A stretch of DNA of 64,000 nucleotides, from positions 1,175,868-1,239,867 of the forward strand of contig ML992507.1 of NCBI GenBank assembly GCA_010093995.1. Direction: 5' to 3'. This document shows, piece by piece, positions 1 to 12,300 of the stretch. This DNA comes from Elsinoe ampelina. Taxonomy: Eukaryota. Within the stretch, counting starts at the first letter, position 1. Each line of letters opens with the position of its first letter. The position numbers were made by a program, and so were the translations under genes. The notes under the pieces were generated by a model, which had not been told where the DNA came from, did not search any database, and was given only the letters and a program-made list of their open reading frames with translations.

Positions 1-350
1 GGGAGGAAATGGTCACGGATTCGTAGATGGCGTTTGTTGAAGAGGGGAAAGAGTTCGACAAGGAAGCGCGGACAGATGCTGGTGTGATCCTCACGGACAC
101 GACAGCAAGACGCTGGAAAGGGAGTGGTAATGTCCAATCATCATTGACGAGCTCAAGAATCGCTGCCGAAGCAAATAATGCACCCCGCTCGACTAGGCTA
201 ATTCGCTCGCTCGAAAAGCAGAAGCAGAAGTAAAAGTGGATCAGTCACTCCATCTCACCTTCACCCTCTCCCGTTCCCCCTCCGACCCACGATCCTCCCC
301 TTGGCATCTCCCTTCGCCTCTTCCGCCAACCCTGCCATCCCGTGGGTTTG

Positions 351-1523
351 CTAGATTCCACGGACATAAACAACCTTGTCCCCCCTCCCCCTACTCCTGC
401 TACGACTCCTGCTGCCCCTCTTCCTCACGATCGCCAAGCCCCCGCCTCGATCCTTCTTGGCCTCGATGAGAAACTTCTTCTTGCCTTTACCCCGCTGCTC
501 CTTTGTTTTATCGTGCAGGACCTCGAACATGGCTTGGTCCATTTCGCGGTAGATGATGATGTAGTTGGAGTCGACCTGCCACCAGTCAGTCAGGGCAGGG
601 ACGGGGAAGAAAGGGGAGGGAATGGAGGGGAGGGGGAGGGGTCAAGCAGGGGAGGGAAGGGGTGGGCTTACGGGGTCGTAGCGGTACGCGATTCCGAATT
701 CCTTGAGCACGTCGGTGGAAATGTCATGTCTGTGAGCGCGCGGGTAGACGGGTGTGCGTCCCGCGCCGGCGACGATGATGTCCCCCGCCGCGTGGTGGCC
801 GTGACCATGGTGGTGACCGGCGCCGTAGACCTGGGCGGAAGCGCCGGGGTAGGCGACGATGCTGGTCGTCTTTTGCTCGATGAGGCCCTCATTCTTCTCG
901 CCTTCGGCTCGGCGCATGATGCGGTCGATCTGGTTGTCGCTGTAGCCTGCCTTGCGGAGGTTGTCGCGGGTGGCTTCGTCGGCCTTGTCCTTTTCCTTTT
1001 TGGCCTTGAGCTCGGCTTCCTGGCGTTTCTTTTCCTGGAGAGCTTCGAATTCTTTGTATGCCTTGTCGGCCTTTTCCTTGGCCATGATCTCGTCGACGCG
1101 GATTTGTTCCTTGATTCGCTCCATTTCTTCCTCCTTTTTGCGTTTCTTGGCGGCTTGTTCGTTCTCCCATTGTGAGATGATCTGTTTGCGGTCCTCCTCT
1201 TCGTGGTGTTTGGCTTCGCTGTCGTCGAGGTTCTTCTTTAGACGTTCGATTTCTCGTTCCAAATGCCCGTAGGACGGACTGCGCGAGCGAGCATAGCTCA
1301 AGTCGGAGTGTGCTCGGTGTCTCCCTCGAGATTGGGAGACACGCAGATCGTGAATCTCATCCGCGATGCGGTCGATTTGACGCCCACGGTAGTCTGGCGA
1401 CGAGGGGACGAAGACATTGGTGGTATTTTCAGTTCGACCATGAGAGGATGATCGGTAATGATATGCGGGCGGAGAGAGATGAGGCGGTGGGTAGTATGGA
1501 TCATAGGGAGCGTAATAGACCAT
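351..1523 (-). CDS. Conserved fungal hypothetical protein (charged coiled-coil centre; C-terminal DUF8035-like motif), 2 exons: 1523-672, 575-351
   Basis: ORFs 642..1598 and 351..542 join through intron 671..576 (GTAAG donor, CTGAC branch, CAG acceptor), giving ...HRHDISTDVLKEFGIAYRYDP|VDSNYIIIYREMDQAMFEVLHDKTK. First in-frame ATG is at 1523. The family label is from memory of the motif. Confidence 0.7.
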
Positions 1524-2969
1524 GGTCACCGCTCCGGACTCGAGGCCAAGAAAATCGGGGCTTTCTCTATCCGAGGCTCGTGGTAGGGCTGAGATCAAGT
1601 GGGAGGAGTGAAATCGGAGCCAAACTCCGGTAAAGGAAGAACGCTGATGTTAGGATTGAAAGAATAGGCTTACAATGGCAGTGTAGACAAGGTGGGTAAG
1701 ATGTGGACGAATAGCAGAGAGTCTTACGGCGCGTCTTGTGGTTCATGTCAGATCAGATCAGCTGGCATGCGGCTGAGGACGAGATCAGGCCAGCAGCCAT
1801 CTATTCCGCTACCTTCTCTAGAGAGTGGGGCAGACATGTTGGGCATGGGAGATGGCGTTGTCGCTATGCTCGATTTGGGCCGTGGTGGTTCACGCTCTGG
1901 CTGCTAGACGGTTAGCATTTGTTACTGTAGCTCTGGTCGCGTATATCGAAGCGTGACAGCGAACCATGCTTCACGTCGAGTTCAAGAACCGGTGAAGGAC
2001 CCTCCAGGCGCTTGCTGACACTCGAACCTGTCATCAGTCACCCTCTCCCTAGGTTGGTCGAGCATGACCAAGAGCAGCGGCGCGTGCCGGTGAAGCCCAA
2101 AAGAGGCCCGGAGTATTTGGGTGAACCAGAGTTCAGGTCTCGTAGCCCTATGCTGCAGCTCGAGATTAAACCATGTGCATGTCAGCAAAACTGCCGTCTG
2201 GTGATTCTTTCCTTTCTGGGTCCACTTCGCTTTGACCACCTCACTCGTAGCTTCGGCCGTCGCCCAATCCACACTTCAACCCAAGACACTGTTGATACAG
2301 ACATCGTGGTCAAGACGACTACTTCTCATCGGTCCTTCTTCTAAAATTGACTACATGTCAGCCGAGAGCGACACCCAGCACCGAGCGCATCCATATCAAA
2401 GCATATGTGAAAGCCTACCGTCTTCCGATATTCGAGCCTTCCATCCTGTGGTCGTCCTCTGCCATTCAGAGTGTTCACGCACTACATACGGATGGTGCTC
2501 GTGGCAAACGATCCGGCCGGAAGAGCAAACAACCACAGCAGGTGGTCCGGTCCATACGAGAACATGGAACGTCCATCGACGGCAACGTCCCGGCAAATTT
2601 CATGGAAATGATACATTATCAGGATGGTATGTATAAGATAATAGTAATCATTCTTCAGTACTTGTTTCCCCCATTGCTTCGTCCTCAGATCCTCGACATA
2701 TATTTCTCCAGCATCTCATCCGGTACTGCTGCATCGCCAAAGCCAGCACAATTTAAGAAAGCACCATGTACACTCGATGGAAGAGCTAAAGGACGGAAAG
2801 AGGAGGGGGCAAAGGGAGAGGTCTATGGACGGGATTATTTGTAAATACTTTCGCGAAGCGTGGCTCTACGAACGAAGCAAAGGTAGTCGAAGCTATGGTA
2901 TCATACCGAGTCCGCACCTACACCTGCTCAACCTGCGATGCATCTATAATTCTCATCCCGCGCCACAGC

Positions 2970-5447
2970 TCAAAATCTCTGCATGACAGCCCTCACCACC
3001 CCAGGCAGCTCAACATGTCCCTTGACCATCACCTCCCCTATCCCCGTCTCCCCTCCACTCCCCACCTCCAACCACCTCGCCAACAAGTCGTTGCTCTCTT
3101 TCGGCTTGATGCTCTCATCCTCCGTGCCGACCGTGACATGCGCCACCCTGTTAGCAGATCTGAACTCCACTCCCTGTGCCTTGCCATTTTGATTCTCCTC
3201 CGCTTCAGTCACGATGCGAACGACGAAAGCCATGACCCTGTTGTCCCAGACTAGTCTCTCCAGCTGTACCTTGACTTTGCTAAGAGAGGGTTGCTCGGCG
3301 CCGTCTTTGGCTGATCCGGCCTGGGTCTGGAGGCCGTTCAGTTGTACCCAGTAGTCTTTCCACTGAGGCGTGTTGCTGTTGGCGCGGTGGATCAGAGTAA
3401 CGTGGAAGGCGGGTTGAATGCGTTTCATGCCTTTGAGGCGGTTGTACATTATGCTTGTGGTGGGGTCGGCGTCGCGGAAGATGGCTTCGAGGATGCTCTG
3501 AACGCGAGCGGCAGAGAGGGAGACACCAAAGTACTCGACCTTTGGAGGTTTCTGTTTTGGTTGTTGGTAGGTTTCTTGTCGTTGAGGTTTGGCAGCTTGC
3601 TTTTGCGCCTTATTGGAGTATTGGCTGCCATTGACAGAGTGTTTGATCTCGGGAGCGTAGTCGTTCACAGCGTAAGAGATGGCGTAGTCCATATCAGCCG
3701 AGGAAGGTAGAGTAGGGATGAGATTGGGGTAATGCTCGGAGAGAGAGGTGATGACGGTCTCCAGGTTCTGACGAGAGTCGGCGGCCACATCGAGGTCTAT
3801 CACATGGTCGAACATGTCGTCTGGATCTCCAGTCGGGTCCAGAGGTTCAAAGCGGTACATGAAGCCTTCCATAATCTCGATGATCTCGCTTGGGCCCTTT
3901 GTGCCTGCATGAATCGTTTGATGCTTGTCGCCGCGACCAAACACCCGATCACGCATCTTCTGACGGATATAGTCGTAGTCGGCACGGTCATGGACGTAGT
4001 GTAACGCCACAAACTTGGCTTCGTGAACGGTCTTGCCGACATCGTTGATGAGCTGCTTCCTCTCTCGCTTTTGATGATTGTTACGGTCAGCGATCATGAC
4101 AGGATAGTTGATCAGACCTTCACGGATGCCTTCAGCAAATCGTGCAGGCCGGCCTTTGCCCTGAATATTGTCGTTTTGAAGATGTCCCCAGCTGAAAAGT
4201 TTGGCAAGGGCTGTAGCAACAGTGGTCTTGCCACACCCGATGGTCGCTATGGGTACGAGGACAACGTTGCGGGTGGCTTCCCCCTTGTGCTGCTCTTCTT
4301 GCTCCTTCTCATTCTTAATAAGGTCTGCACCCCGGACACCAATATGCTTCAAGAACTTGTCTCGAAGTTCGATTATACCGTGGTTTTGGTTGTAGCGCCT
4401 CCCGAGCTTCGGGTCCTTCGCAAGCTGCTCCTTTGCGAATCTCAGGTATTCCTGGGTGATCTCCTTGTGTTTGTTGATGCGAGGCTCTTTGCCGCTGATG
4501 ATCGCCTTGGTGCACTCCCGCCATTGTCGATACATAAGGTATGGCTCCTCGAACTTGTATTTGAAGAACCAGTCATGCCACGGGCTGTCTGGAGTCTCTC
4601 TTGCTTGACATCGAATAACGAAACCTTCTGTGTCTCGACCTGCGTAGGCACCAGTATCTGCAATGTCATCGAGAAACGACTTTACCGTAGCGATATCGTC
4701 CTTGATGAGATGCATGGTTTTCTTGAATCCCCAGTCTTCGGCGAATTTGTCCACCAGATGAGCTGGGTATGTTGCAAACTCTGGTAGATTCAGATTGACA
4801 CCATGGAGGTAGAGACCTGCTTGATCTGGTGTGTACGCAAGGACGTGCTCCTCGAATTCATCATCGCACAGCTCGGCGACGGCAGTGATGTTGGCATTGT
4901 AGAGGTGTCGGGCTAGGTCCTTGCGATTCTTGCCGACCGACCCAAGATGACGATCGACCCATTGCTCCCCAGCAGAAGCATGTGACATTTCGACATCTTC
5001 ACGAGCTCCTGTCGAGTGCTTGCTGCAGACGAGTAGAGTGCCGTCTTCAAGTCCTGATAGGAAGATGATACATCCATTCTCTTTGACGGATAGCTCATAT
5101 GGTCCACGAGTATTCACCTCGACATTTTGCCACTTTGTCTTTGGGACCTCGCCGTGGTTGAAGAATTTGTCGTAGCCTCGGACAGCAATTTCGTAGTCAC
5201 CTCTGGAGTTCTTGTAGGTGAAGAGGCCACGTGCATATGTTGGAAGGAACGGTTTCTTGTAATCGTGATCTAGCAGTTTCCAGGATGTGACTTTGATGTT
5301 GGATCCAGCGACTGGGAAGACTGATTTTCTGCATGAGAAGCCACTTTTCTTCTTGCCTGTGTGTTCCTCGAGTGCCCCTACGACATGATTCACTTGTCGC
5401 GGATCTTGACGGCGATATGGAGGACGGTTCTCATCCCCATAATCCAT
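2970..5447 (-). CDS. TRL1: Fungal tRNA ligase (ligase-kinase-cyclic phosphodiesterase), intronless
   Basis: Ligase motifs ELSVKENG, EGFVIR, FFKYK; kinase P-loop ATIGCGKTT and ADRNNH; CPD HxT motifs FHVTL and AHVTVGT. First in-frame ATG is 5447; the track ORF starts at a TTG. Confidence 0.95.
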   Translation of the reverse strand: MDYGDENRPPYRRQDPRQVNHVVGALEEHTGKKKSGFSCRKSVFPVAGSNIKVTSWKLLDHDYKKPFLPTYARGLFTYKNSRGDYEIAVRGYDKFFNHGEVPKTKWQNVEVNTRGPYELSVKENGCIIFLSGLEDGTLLVCSKHSTGAREDVEMSHASAGEQWVDRHLGSVGKNRKDLARHLYNANITAVAELCDDEFEEHVLAYTPDQAGLYLHGVNLNLPEFATYPAHLVDKFAEDWGFKKTMHLIKDDIATVKSFLDDIADTGAYAGRDTEGFVIRCQARETPDSPWHDWFFKYKFEEPYLMYRQWRECTKAIISGKEPRINKHKEITQEYLRFAKEQLAKDPKLGRRYNQNHGIIELRDKFLKHIGVRGADLIKNEKEQEEQHKGEATRNVVLVPIATIGCGKTTVATALAKLFSWGHLQNDNIQGKGRPARFAEGIREGLINYPVMIADRNNHQKRERKQLINDVGKTVHEAKFVALHYVHDRADYDYIRQKMRDRVFGRGDKHQTIHAGTKGPSEIIEIMEGFMYRFEPLDPTGDPDDMFDHVIDLDVAADSRQNLETVITSLSEHYPNLIPTLPSSADMDYAISYAVNDYAPEIKHSVNGSQYSNKAQKQAAKPQRQETYQQPKQKPPKVEYFGVSLSAARVQSILEAIFRDADPTTSIMYNRLKGMKRIQPAFHVTLIHRANSNTPQWKDYWVQLNGLQTQAGSAKDGAEQPSLSKVKVQLERLVWDNRVMAFVVRIVTEAEENQNGKAQGVEFRSANRVAHVTVGTEDESIKPKESNDLLARWLEVGSGGETGIGEVMVKGHVELPGVVRAVMQRF

Positions 5448-5814
5448 GGCTGTAATTTCTGAGCGCGCTGAGCGCGGCCTTTTTCCAGAAGAGTAGCCAG
5501 TATCAGTGTTGGAATGTGCAATCGGATTTTCGGATGTGCGTTTGATCGAGCAGTCCCAATGAGGGTTGGAGCTGCGGTTATAATATTCACGAATCAGTCG
5601 AGTCGCTTTTGTGATGTTGTGTGACTGTTCACTGAGCGGTGCCAAAGATGGACGTCGGTGTGATGCGAGGCAGGCGCGCGGGGCACGTCAAGGTGGGGCA
5701 GAGAATTTTTGGTGGCGGTGCATCGACGACATACACATCTTCTCGTTGTACATCGACACAACTTCACATTGGATTTCTTCGTCACGCCCAGAGATACTTC
5801 ACAGGAGTCCAAGC

Positions 5815-6555
5815 ATGGCTCAAACAGTCACAATCGACCGGTTACTCAACCTTGTGCCTGACAGACCTAACCATGTCATGGAGCATCTTTTGACTCATCC
5901 CAACCTCGCCTCAGCACAGGATGGACATGGCTACTCCTTGCTTCATGCTGCTGTATCGTACGACCAATTTGAGCTGGCAAAAAAACTTGTCAATGACTAC
6001 CATGTGGACGTCAATATTCGAGACGAAGATGGAGATCCACCCCTCTGCTCTACAGAGACGGTCGAAATGGCAAGATTACTAGTGGAAGAACTGCACGCGG
6101 ATCTCGGGTGCCGGAACGACGAAGGTCAGACACCAGAAGAGAAGATCGATGCAGACGAAGAATTCCCATTGATTTCTGCTTACCTGCGGGAAGCTACGTC
6201 TCGCGGAGCTGGCGGTGCAGGTGCCTCGGCTGTGGCGCAGACTGCTGGTGCAAATGCCTCTGTGACTGCCCTTTCTGGCACCACAAATGATCCTGGAATG
6301 ACCAATGGTGTGCACCACCCTCCGAGAGTACCACCCGGTATCAACGATATTCGCGTCGGACAGACTACGGAACCCATGGACGAGGACTTTCAGCCTGATC
6401 CAGAGATCAGAAGACGGATCGAGGAGCTCGCTTCTCGAGAAGACTTTCAGACCGAGCAGGGTCAAGCGGATCTTCGCGACCTCGTCTCAGACGTCGTTAG
6501 TGGTCTGCGGCAAGAACAGACCGACGATCGCTCTACACGCAGACGAGTCGACTGA
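5815..6555 (+). CDS. Ankyrin-repeat protein (YCR051W-like)
   Basis: Ankyrin motifs GYSLLHAAVSY, VNIRDEDGDPPL, RNDEGQTP; C-terminal RRRIEELA...QADLRDLV helix; ATG at 5815. Confidence 0.85.
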   Translation: MAQTVTIDRLLNLVPDRPNHVMEHLLTHPNLASAQDGHGYSLLHAAVSYDQFELAKKLVNDYHVDVNIRDEDGDPPLCSTETVEMARLLVEELHADLGCRNDEGQTPEEKIDADEEFPLISAYLREATSRGAGGAGASAVAQTAGANASVTALSGTTNDPGMTNGVHHPPRVPPGINDIRVGQTTEPMDEDFQPDPEIRRRIEELASREDFQTEQGQADLRDLVSDVVSGLRQEQTDDRSTRRRVD

Positions 6556-6574
6556 GCATATGCCATCATCCTTT

Positions 6575-9056
6575 TCACCAGTGCCTCACTATACACAATA
6601 CTCCCTCAAGCTCGAGTCGTGATACCACGTTAGCCACACGACTTCGCTTCATACCCTCACGAGCTGCAATCTCCTCCAGAGCCCACTTGCCATCGAAGTA
6701 ATTGCTGATGGTCGACCACGTGCTCCTCAGCTCATCACTTGGTAGTGATTCCTTCATCAGCCCTATCCATCTGGACTCTTCTGGGCTTGCTTTCCGCGGA
6801 TCGAGAATCAACGATGGCTCGTGCGTCGTGAGTTCCAGGGGTGGGATACCACTTGAGCTGTCCTCTGTTGGGCCTGCAACCCCACCATTTATACTAAACG
6901 GCGAGGGCGGTTCCGGCGTACTCACCTGATTGAGCCTTGACGGTCCTGGTGTACTACTGTGGCTCACTTGGACTGTGGTCTTCTGACTGCTGACACTACC
7001 TGTCTCGGATCTGTTGCCATCGCTTACCGGCTTCAGCAAAGGTGAAAGCAATTCGGCAGCAACCGGTCTGTCATCCGTTGAAAGCGAGTCCCTTGTGCCG
7101 CTCTCATTTGTCCTCAGCCTCTCTAGACTCGATCCAGACAGACCAGATGCTGTAGAATCTCGCTTCGATGCCCGCTCTCGAGTACTTCCTCTCTGCTCAT
7201 CCTTCCTGGCCAAAATAGCAGCTTTGGCTTTGATATCGCCCGACACACGAATCCAGCCGAACGTTCGGAGTTGCGTCACCCAATTTCCTCTCAGTAACCA
7301 AGCTAAAATTTCCATGTAAGGGGCCTTGTGATCTTGACTGGGTACAAGAAAACCGTATGGCAACGACCTCGAGCTAAGGGATTGCAGCATACGAGATAAG
7401 CTCGGAAGACCTGGAAAGCGTTTCTCGAATACCTGACTTGCTTCGGGGTACTTTCTCATGTCTGCAAGTGGCGAGACCATGTAGATATCGCGAAGATGGA
7501 GTGGTGGAATTGCTCGAGCTCTCCTCCAGCTGATCAAGTGACGGGCAAGGAATAATAGATCTGGTAATCGCAAGGATAGCCGCACTGCCATCTTCTGCAG
7601 GGACTTGGTAGGCGTGAGCTCTCGAATGAATAATGCCAGAGGACTTGCCAGTTCACGATTGTCGTTTTCAATCTCTTTCAGTATTGCCTCCTTGTCTTGT
7701 AGAAGCAACAATGCCGCATGTGGACTCAACGCGCCATCATCCTCCAGCATGGTCGCTGTCGTCAACCAGAGTCCTGGTGTTCTCGGGTCACCTGGCGTAG
7801 GTGCAAAAGGTGTGGATACAGGCTGCGGTATCTGCAGAATAATGTCCACCGTTTCGCCGATCGCCACATGCGCAATCTTCGACGCTGAAATAGCCGAATA
7901 GACATGAGCCATCGACCTCGCAAGATGCGATGCCTGCATGATTGTCGGCCAGAGTAGGCTCAATGGCGTACCTGTAACCTGATCAGCTCCGCCCGGGCAG
8001 CTTGACATGACCCCTACCATTCTCCTTTCCCTTGACCTTCAACTCCAAGATCTTCTTGCTCTCCATCCAAACATACCCCGACCTCGCCTGCTCATACTTG
8101 AGCGCCTTCGCAAACTTCTTTACCACAAAATCATACATCTCGCCCACCCTCTCTTGGAACTCCAATGGCCGTGGCCGCATAACAAACACCACATGATACA
8201 TGACCATCTCATTACTGCTCACCCCCGAACTCGTACTCGTGCTTCTGACCTCATCGCTCAACCCCCCTTCACTCCTAAAACTCGCCTTATCCACCAACTC
8301 ATCCCCCAATCTCTCCCCACCCTTATCCCTATCCCTGCTCTTCTCCCTCTCCCCCTCCCCTCCCCCCCTCCTCCTCCCCTTCCGTTTCCTCCACCCCCCA
8401 TCCTCTCTGACAAACACCGGATACCCAAGAAACACCACCTCCCCCACCCCAACCTCGAACCTTTTCTTCCTCGTCTCCCGCCCAGGACTAAGCAATTTCT
8501 CCAGCCCCTCCACAGAATACCCAAGTACATCCTCCCACTCGGCCCTCCCCTGCTCTTGCCCTCCCCCTCTGTACCCCGTCCCTCCCCCCGCACGCGTCCC
8601 GGTCATATCCCCCTCCCGATCCTCCTCCTCCAACCCCTCCGGTCCATCCTCCCTCAACGTCCGCCCTTTCCTCCCCGCAGCTGCTCCTTTCTCCCTCCGC
8701 CGTGTACCCACGCTTTTGCTCCCCCCTCCCCCTCCCCCTGCCCCTCCTCTGCCGCTTCCCGTCCCGGCCCCCGTCCCTGCCCCCGTCCCATTCGTCGACA
8801 CCCCTACACTCGGCGCGAGGAGCGACGTCTTGTCGTCGTCCGAGGTGCTGGACGGGGCGGTCGCGGTATCGGGTTCGGTATCGGAAGGGGAGGCGGAGGT
8901 GAGGCTGTCGAGGGAGGGGCGGCGGGGGCGGTGGGCGCGTTTGGTGGAGGGGGAGGTGAGGGTGGGGGATGGCGGGTAGTGGAAGATGAAGCGAGGGCCG
9001 GAGCGGGTGGAGATTGTGAGGAGGAGGGCGAGGAGGGGGGGTTGGGTTGGTGGCAT
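6575..9056 (-). CDS. NPR3: Nitrogen permease regulator 3 (SEACIT/GATOR1 subunit), 2 exons: 9056-8018, 7971-6575
   Basis: N-terminal LLLTISTRSGPRFIFHYPP, KFAKALKYEQARSGYV, HLISWRRARAIPPLH, C-terminal FDGKWALEEIAAREG...VRHW. The 46-nt intron 8017..7972 (GTAGGG/CTGAT/CAG) joins the two ORFs in frame. Confidence 0.92.
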
Positions 9057-9309
9057 CTGGTCGGTGTCCTGGGGGTTAGAGAGTAATTGGGACGGCAATG
9101 GGTGGATTTGGGGGGGAGAGGTGATGGGTTGGGAGGTGCGGAGGTTGGGGCGGAGGTGTCACGTGCCGGATGGGGAGTCGCGACAACGCGACATGGGTTT
9201 CTAAATCGAGGATGGACGAAAGGGTCAAATATGCTGGTCACGTCGAGCTGAGCAGAGAGGTGTTGTAATATGCTTGGGACAGGCTGGCTATCCAATAACT
9301 TCCAGCCCT

Positions 9310-12300
9310 TTATTCTAATATCATGCTCATCACGTCCTGACTTATCGGCCTCTTCTTGAGCAGAAGATCCTTGCCAATCCTCCCTTGCTTGACCGGTTTT
9401 CTCTGCAATCCATTGTTGCCTCCTGTCTTTATCTCTCGCAATGGCGCCCTGCTCTCCTCAACCTTATCTTCCGGGGGAACTACGCCGCTGAAAGCCTCCT
9501 TGTCTGGCATCGAGTGCCCGCTGATCAGACTCTCATCGAGCTCGACCACACCATCCATGGCCTCCACAACGTCGATCAGCTTCCCCCATAAGTCGTCTCC
9601 GCGGAGAGTTCTCCGACTGCCCACAATGACAAACTTGCTCCTCGCTCTGGTCACAGCCACATTCACTCTCCGCCAGTCCCTCAAAAGATCCCCGACGTTG
9701 CCATCCTTGTTGTTCCGCACACAGCTTAGAATAATCACTTCCTTGTCCCGTCCCTGGAACTTGTCCGCCGTGTGCATCTCGATAGCTTCTGCAGGGGTAC
9801 CCTTGACTGTCTGTCGGAGCAGAGACAGCTGAGATCGATAGAAGGTAATGATGCCGATTTGCGAGGGAGAAAGACCTTGAGCAAGCAGAGTAGACACGAC
9901 CAGGTGGACAGTAGATGCCTCGTACGGGTTGGTGATGCGAGAGCCGGATAGGGACTCATGTGCGTTTGCGATGGTGTCGGTGTTGCCGAAGAGCACCTTT
10001 TCCCGAGGATTGACAAGTCTGGCTAGCAGAGAGCAACGAGACTTGGAGTGGCAGAGTTCAACCTGTACTGAGCCAATTCTGTGAAATGCATGCAAGGCAG
10101 GCTGATTTGGAATGTGCAGCGTTCGCTGAGCAACTGCTTCGTTGCCACATTTCAATCGTCCACTGTAGATGAGTGTGTTGGACAGGTGCATGATCTCTTC
10201 GGACATCCGATATTGGTGCTCTAGGTTGACGACACTTTCTGGTCGTCGATCCGAGAGGAGCTTGAAGAGAGAAATGTCCAGCCCACCTTCCTGAGCTTCC
10301 TTGTTCTGCACAAGTGGTGGAAGCTGGTAGTGATCACCGACCAGGACGAAAGTGCGTGCCATTCGAATCGGTCCTAGGCAGACCGGTAAAGTGATTTGAG
10401 AAGCCTCGTCCACGATGCAGTAGTCGAAGATGCGCTTGTGAAATAACTGGTGATTGACACCCAAGCAGGTTGTGGCGACCACGGAAGGTGCCATGTACAT
10501 TTCCTCAAGCTCAGGAATAGTCTGAGGAGGCATGCATGCTAGCTTTGCAAATTGCTGGACCTCTGGATGGATCTTCGCCTGCACGCCCAGTCGCAGGACT
10601 GAGATGGACGAATCTCGTAGCTTGAGCAGGATGTTGTCCACAGCTGTATGGGTATATGATGTGAGCAAGACTGACTTGCCTCTTGCAACCAGAGCTCGAA
10701 TGATGTGGGCAATCGTGGTCGTCTTGCCTGTTCCTGGCATACCTAGCACCAAAGCATAGTCCTGAGCAGACATGATCTTGTCGATGGCCCCTCGCTGATC
10801 GGAGTTGATCTGCATCTGGCTTGCTGGTCCGCTGAGCGTGTACGCCGTAGGACTCGGCTTGAATGAGGGCGCTTTGTTCTCGATGATCAGCTCGCGTAAT
10901 TCGTATGAACGAAAGACATCATCATCCATAATTGCAAGCAGATTGTTGCGGACAGTCGCCATGCCGTTACTGAACTCGTCCTTGTCCAGTCGGTACACGA
11001 CTTGGTGACCCTGCTCTTCGTCCTTTGCTGCAGTGCTTCGTACATTAGTCTTATCGACTTCCATGATCGCTGCGAACGACTGGTTCGTGTTGTCGTCAAA
11101 TCCAGGTTGACGAATCCGAGCATTGTGTAATCTGCGATCAACAGCTACACTGATCCTGTTCGAGGACACCTTCGTTACATATCCATTCGCCAATGCAAAG
11201 TGGCCCTTCTCGCTTGAGATGACGATCGGCTCGCCGACGGTGATCTGACTCTCAGCGAACGAGAAGCCAGCTCCAACACTTTTCTTGAGGAAGGTGTAGC
11301 TAAATCTGTTAATCTTCTGTGCATCTCGATCTTCGTGTGCAGATCCCGACTCGATAATGACTTCCGAAAAGCACCTTCCCAGCCTTTCTCGTTCATGGCT
11401 GAGCATTGTCCAAAGTTCTCGACGAAACTTGAACATCTCGGTCTCTTCCTTGGTCAGCAGCTCATCCCACTTCTTGAAGAAGCCTTGATGAGCAGGTCGA
11501 AGCTTCGCAACCACTTGAGCGAACTTCGTTCCAACGCCTGCTGAGTCTGCAGTGCCGTCTTCTGCGAGTTTGTGGTACAAGAAGCATGATGTTTTGGCGT
11601 AGCACCTTCCGCACTTGAACTCATTCTTCAGCATTGGAGGCAGAGACAAGCGTTCTCTGACATAGCTCGCAAGCTCGTTTCTCTGCATCACCATGTGTCG
11701 GAGCTCGTTCCGAATCGCTGGAATCCGACTGACTGCCGAGTTGTCCATGTAGTATAGTACACCGTACTGCACGTCGACATCTACATTCGTGAGTGACATT
11801 CGTCTGTCTGCCATATGATGCTTACCGTATCGATCAGATAATAGCAGAGTGTAGAGTGCCGTCTGAGCCCTGTGGGCTGCACTCTGATACTTTCCTGTTT
11901 TCACCTCGAAAGGAACTGTCAAATTCCTTCTCCCTTCGTCGTCGTCGAGAGCAATCTCCACTGTGGCATCAATATTGCCTTTCAGACCGTATTTTGGAGA
12001 CCACACATGCTCTTCGACATCGAGTAGCTTGGTCACGCTCAAGCCAACCGTCTTGCCATTTCGATCTTGTGCTTTGACTGTGTTCTGAGGGCTGTCAGTT
12101 CGATGTCTGTCAATGTGCATGCAGAACTGCTTACGCTCGGTGTTGACCGGATGAAGTGACCCGCCCAATCGCGCAGCTCGGGCATCTTCGAGGTCAAGAA
12201 CTCCACGGCTTCCACAGTGTCTTTTGCCCCAGCTTCGAACAAGCCTTCCACGTACTTGGCCACGAGATCTTCTATCAGATGACAAAGCCATTCCAGATCC

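Noticed and set aside
342..1175. 277-aa + strand ORF
   Set aside because: Antisense shadow of the spliced - strand gene; its hydrophobic look comes from the complement of Lys/Glu codons.
1644..1673. Possible 5' UTR intron (GTAAG...CTAAC..CAG) upstream of the first gene
   Set aside because: Only 30 nt, shorter than every other intron here (44 nt or more); cannot be supported without cDNA.
5448..5814. Non-AUG N-terminal extensions of TRL1 (TTG 5645) and the ankyrin gene (GTG 5611)
   Set aside because: They would overlap head-to-head and leave no promoter; no targeting signal or motif supports them.
8007..9086. Long Pro/Leu-rich ORFs over skew islands (also 22123..22998, 44244..45260, 54981..55595)
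   Set aside because: Stop-poor by composition and overlapping well-supported genes on the other strand.
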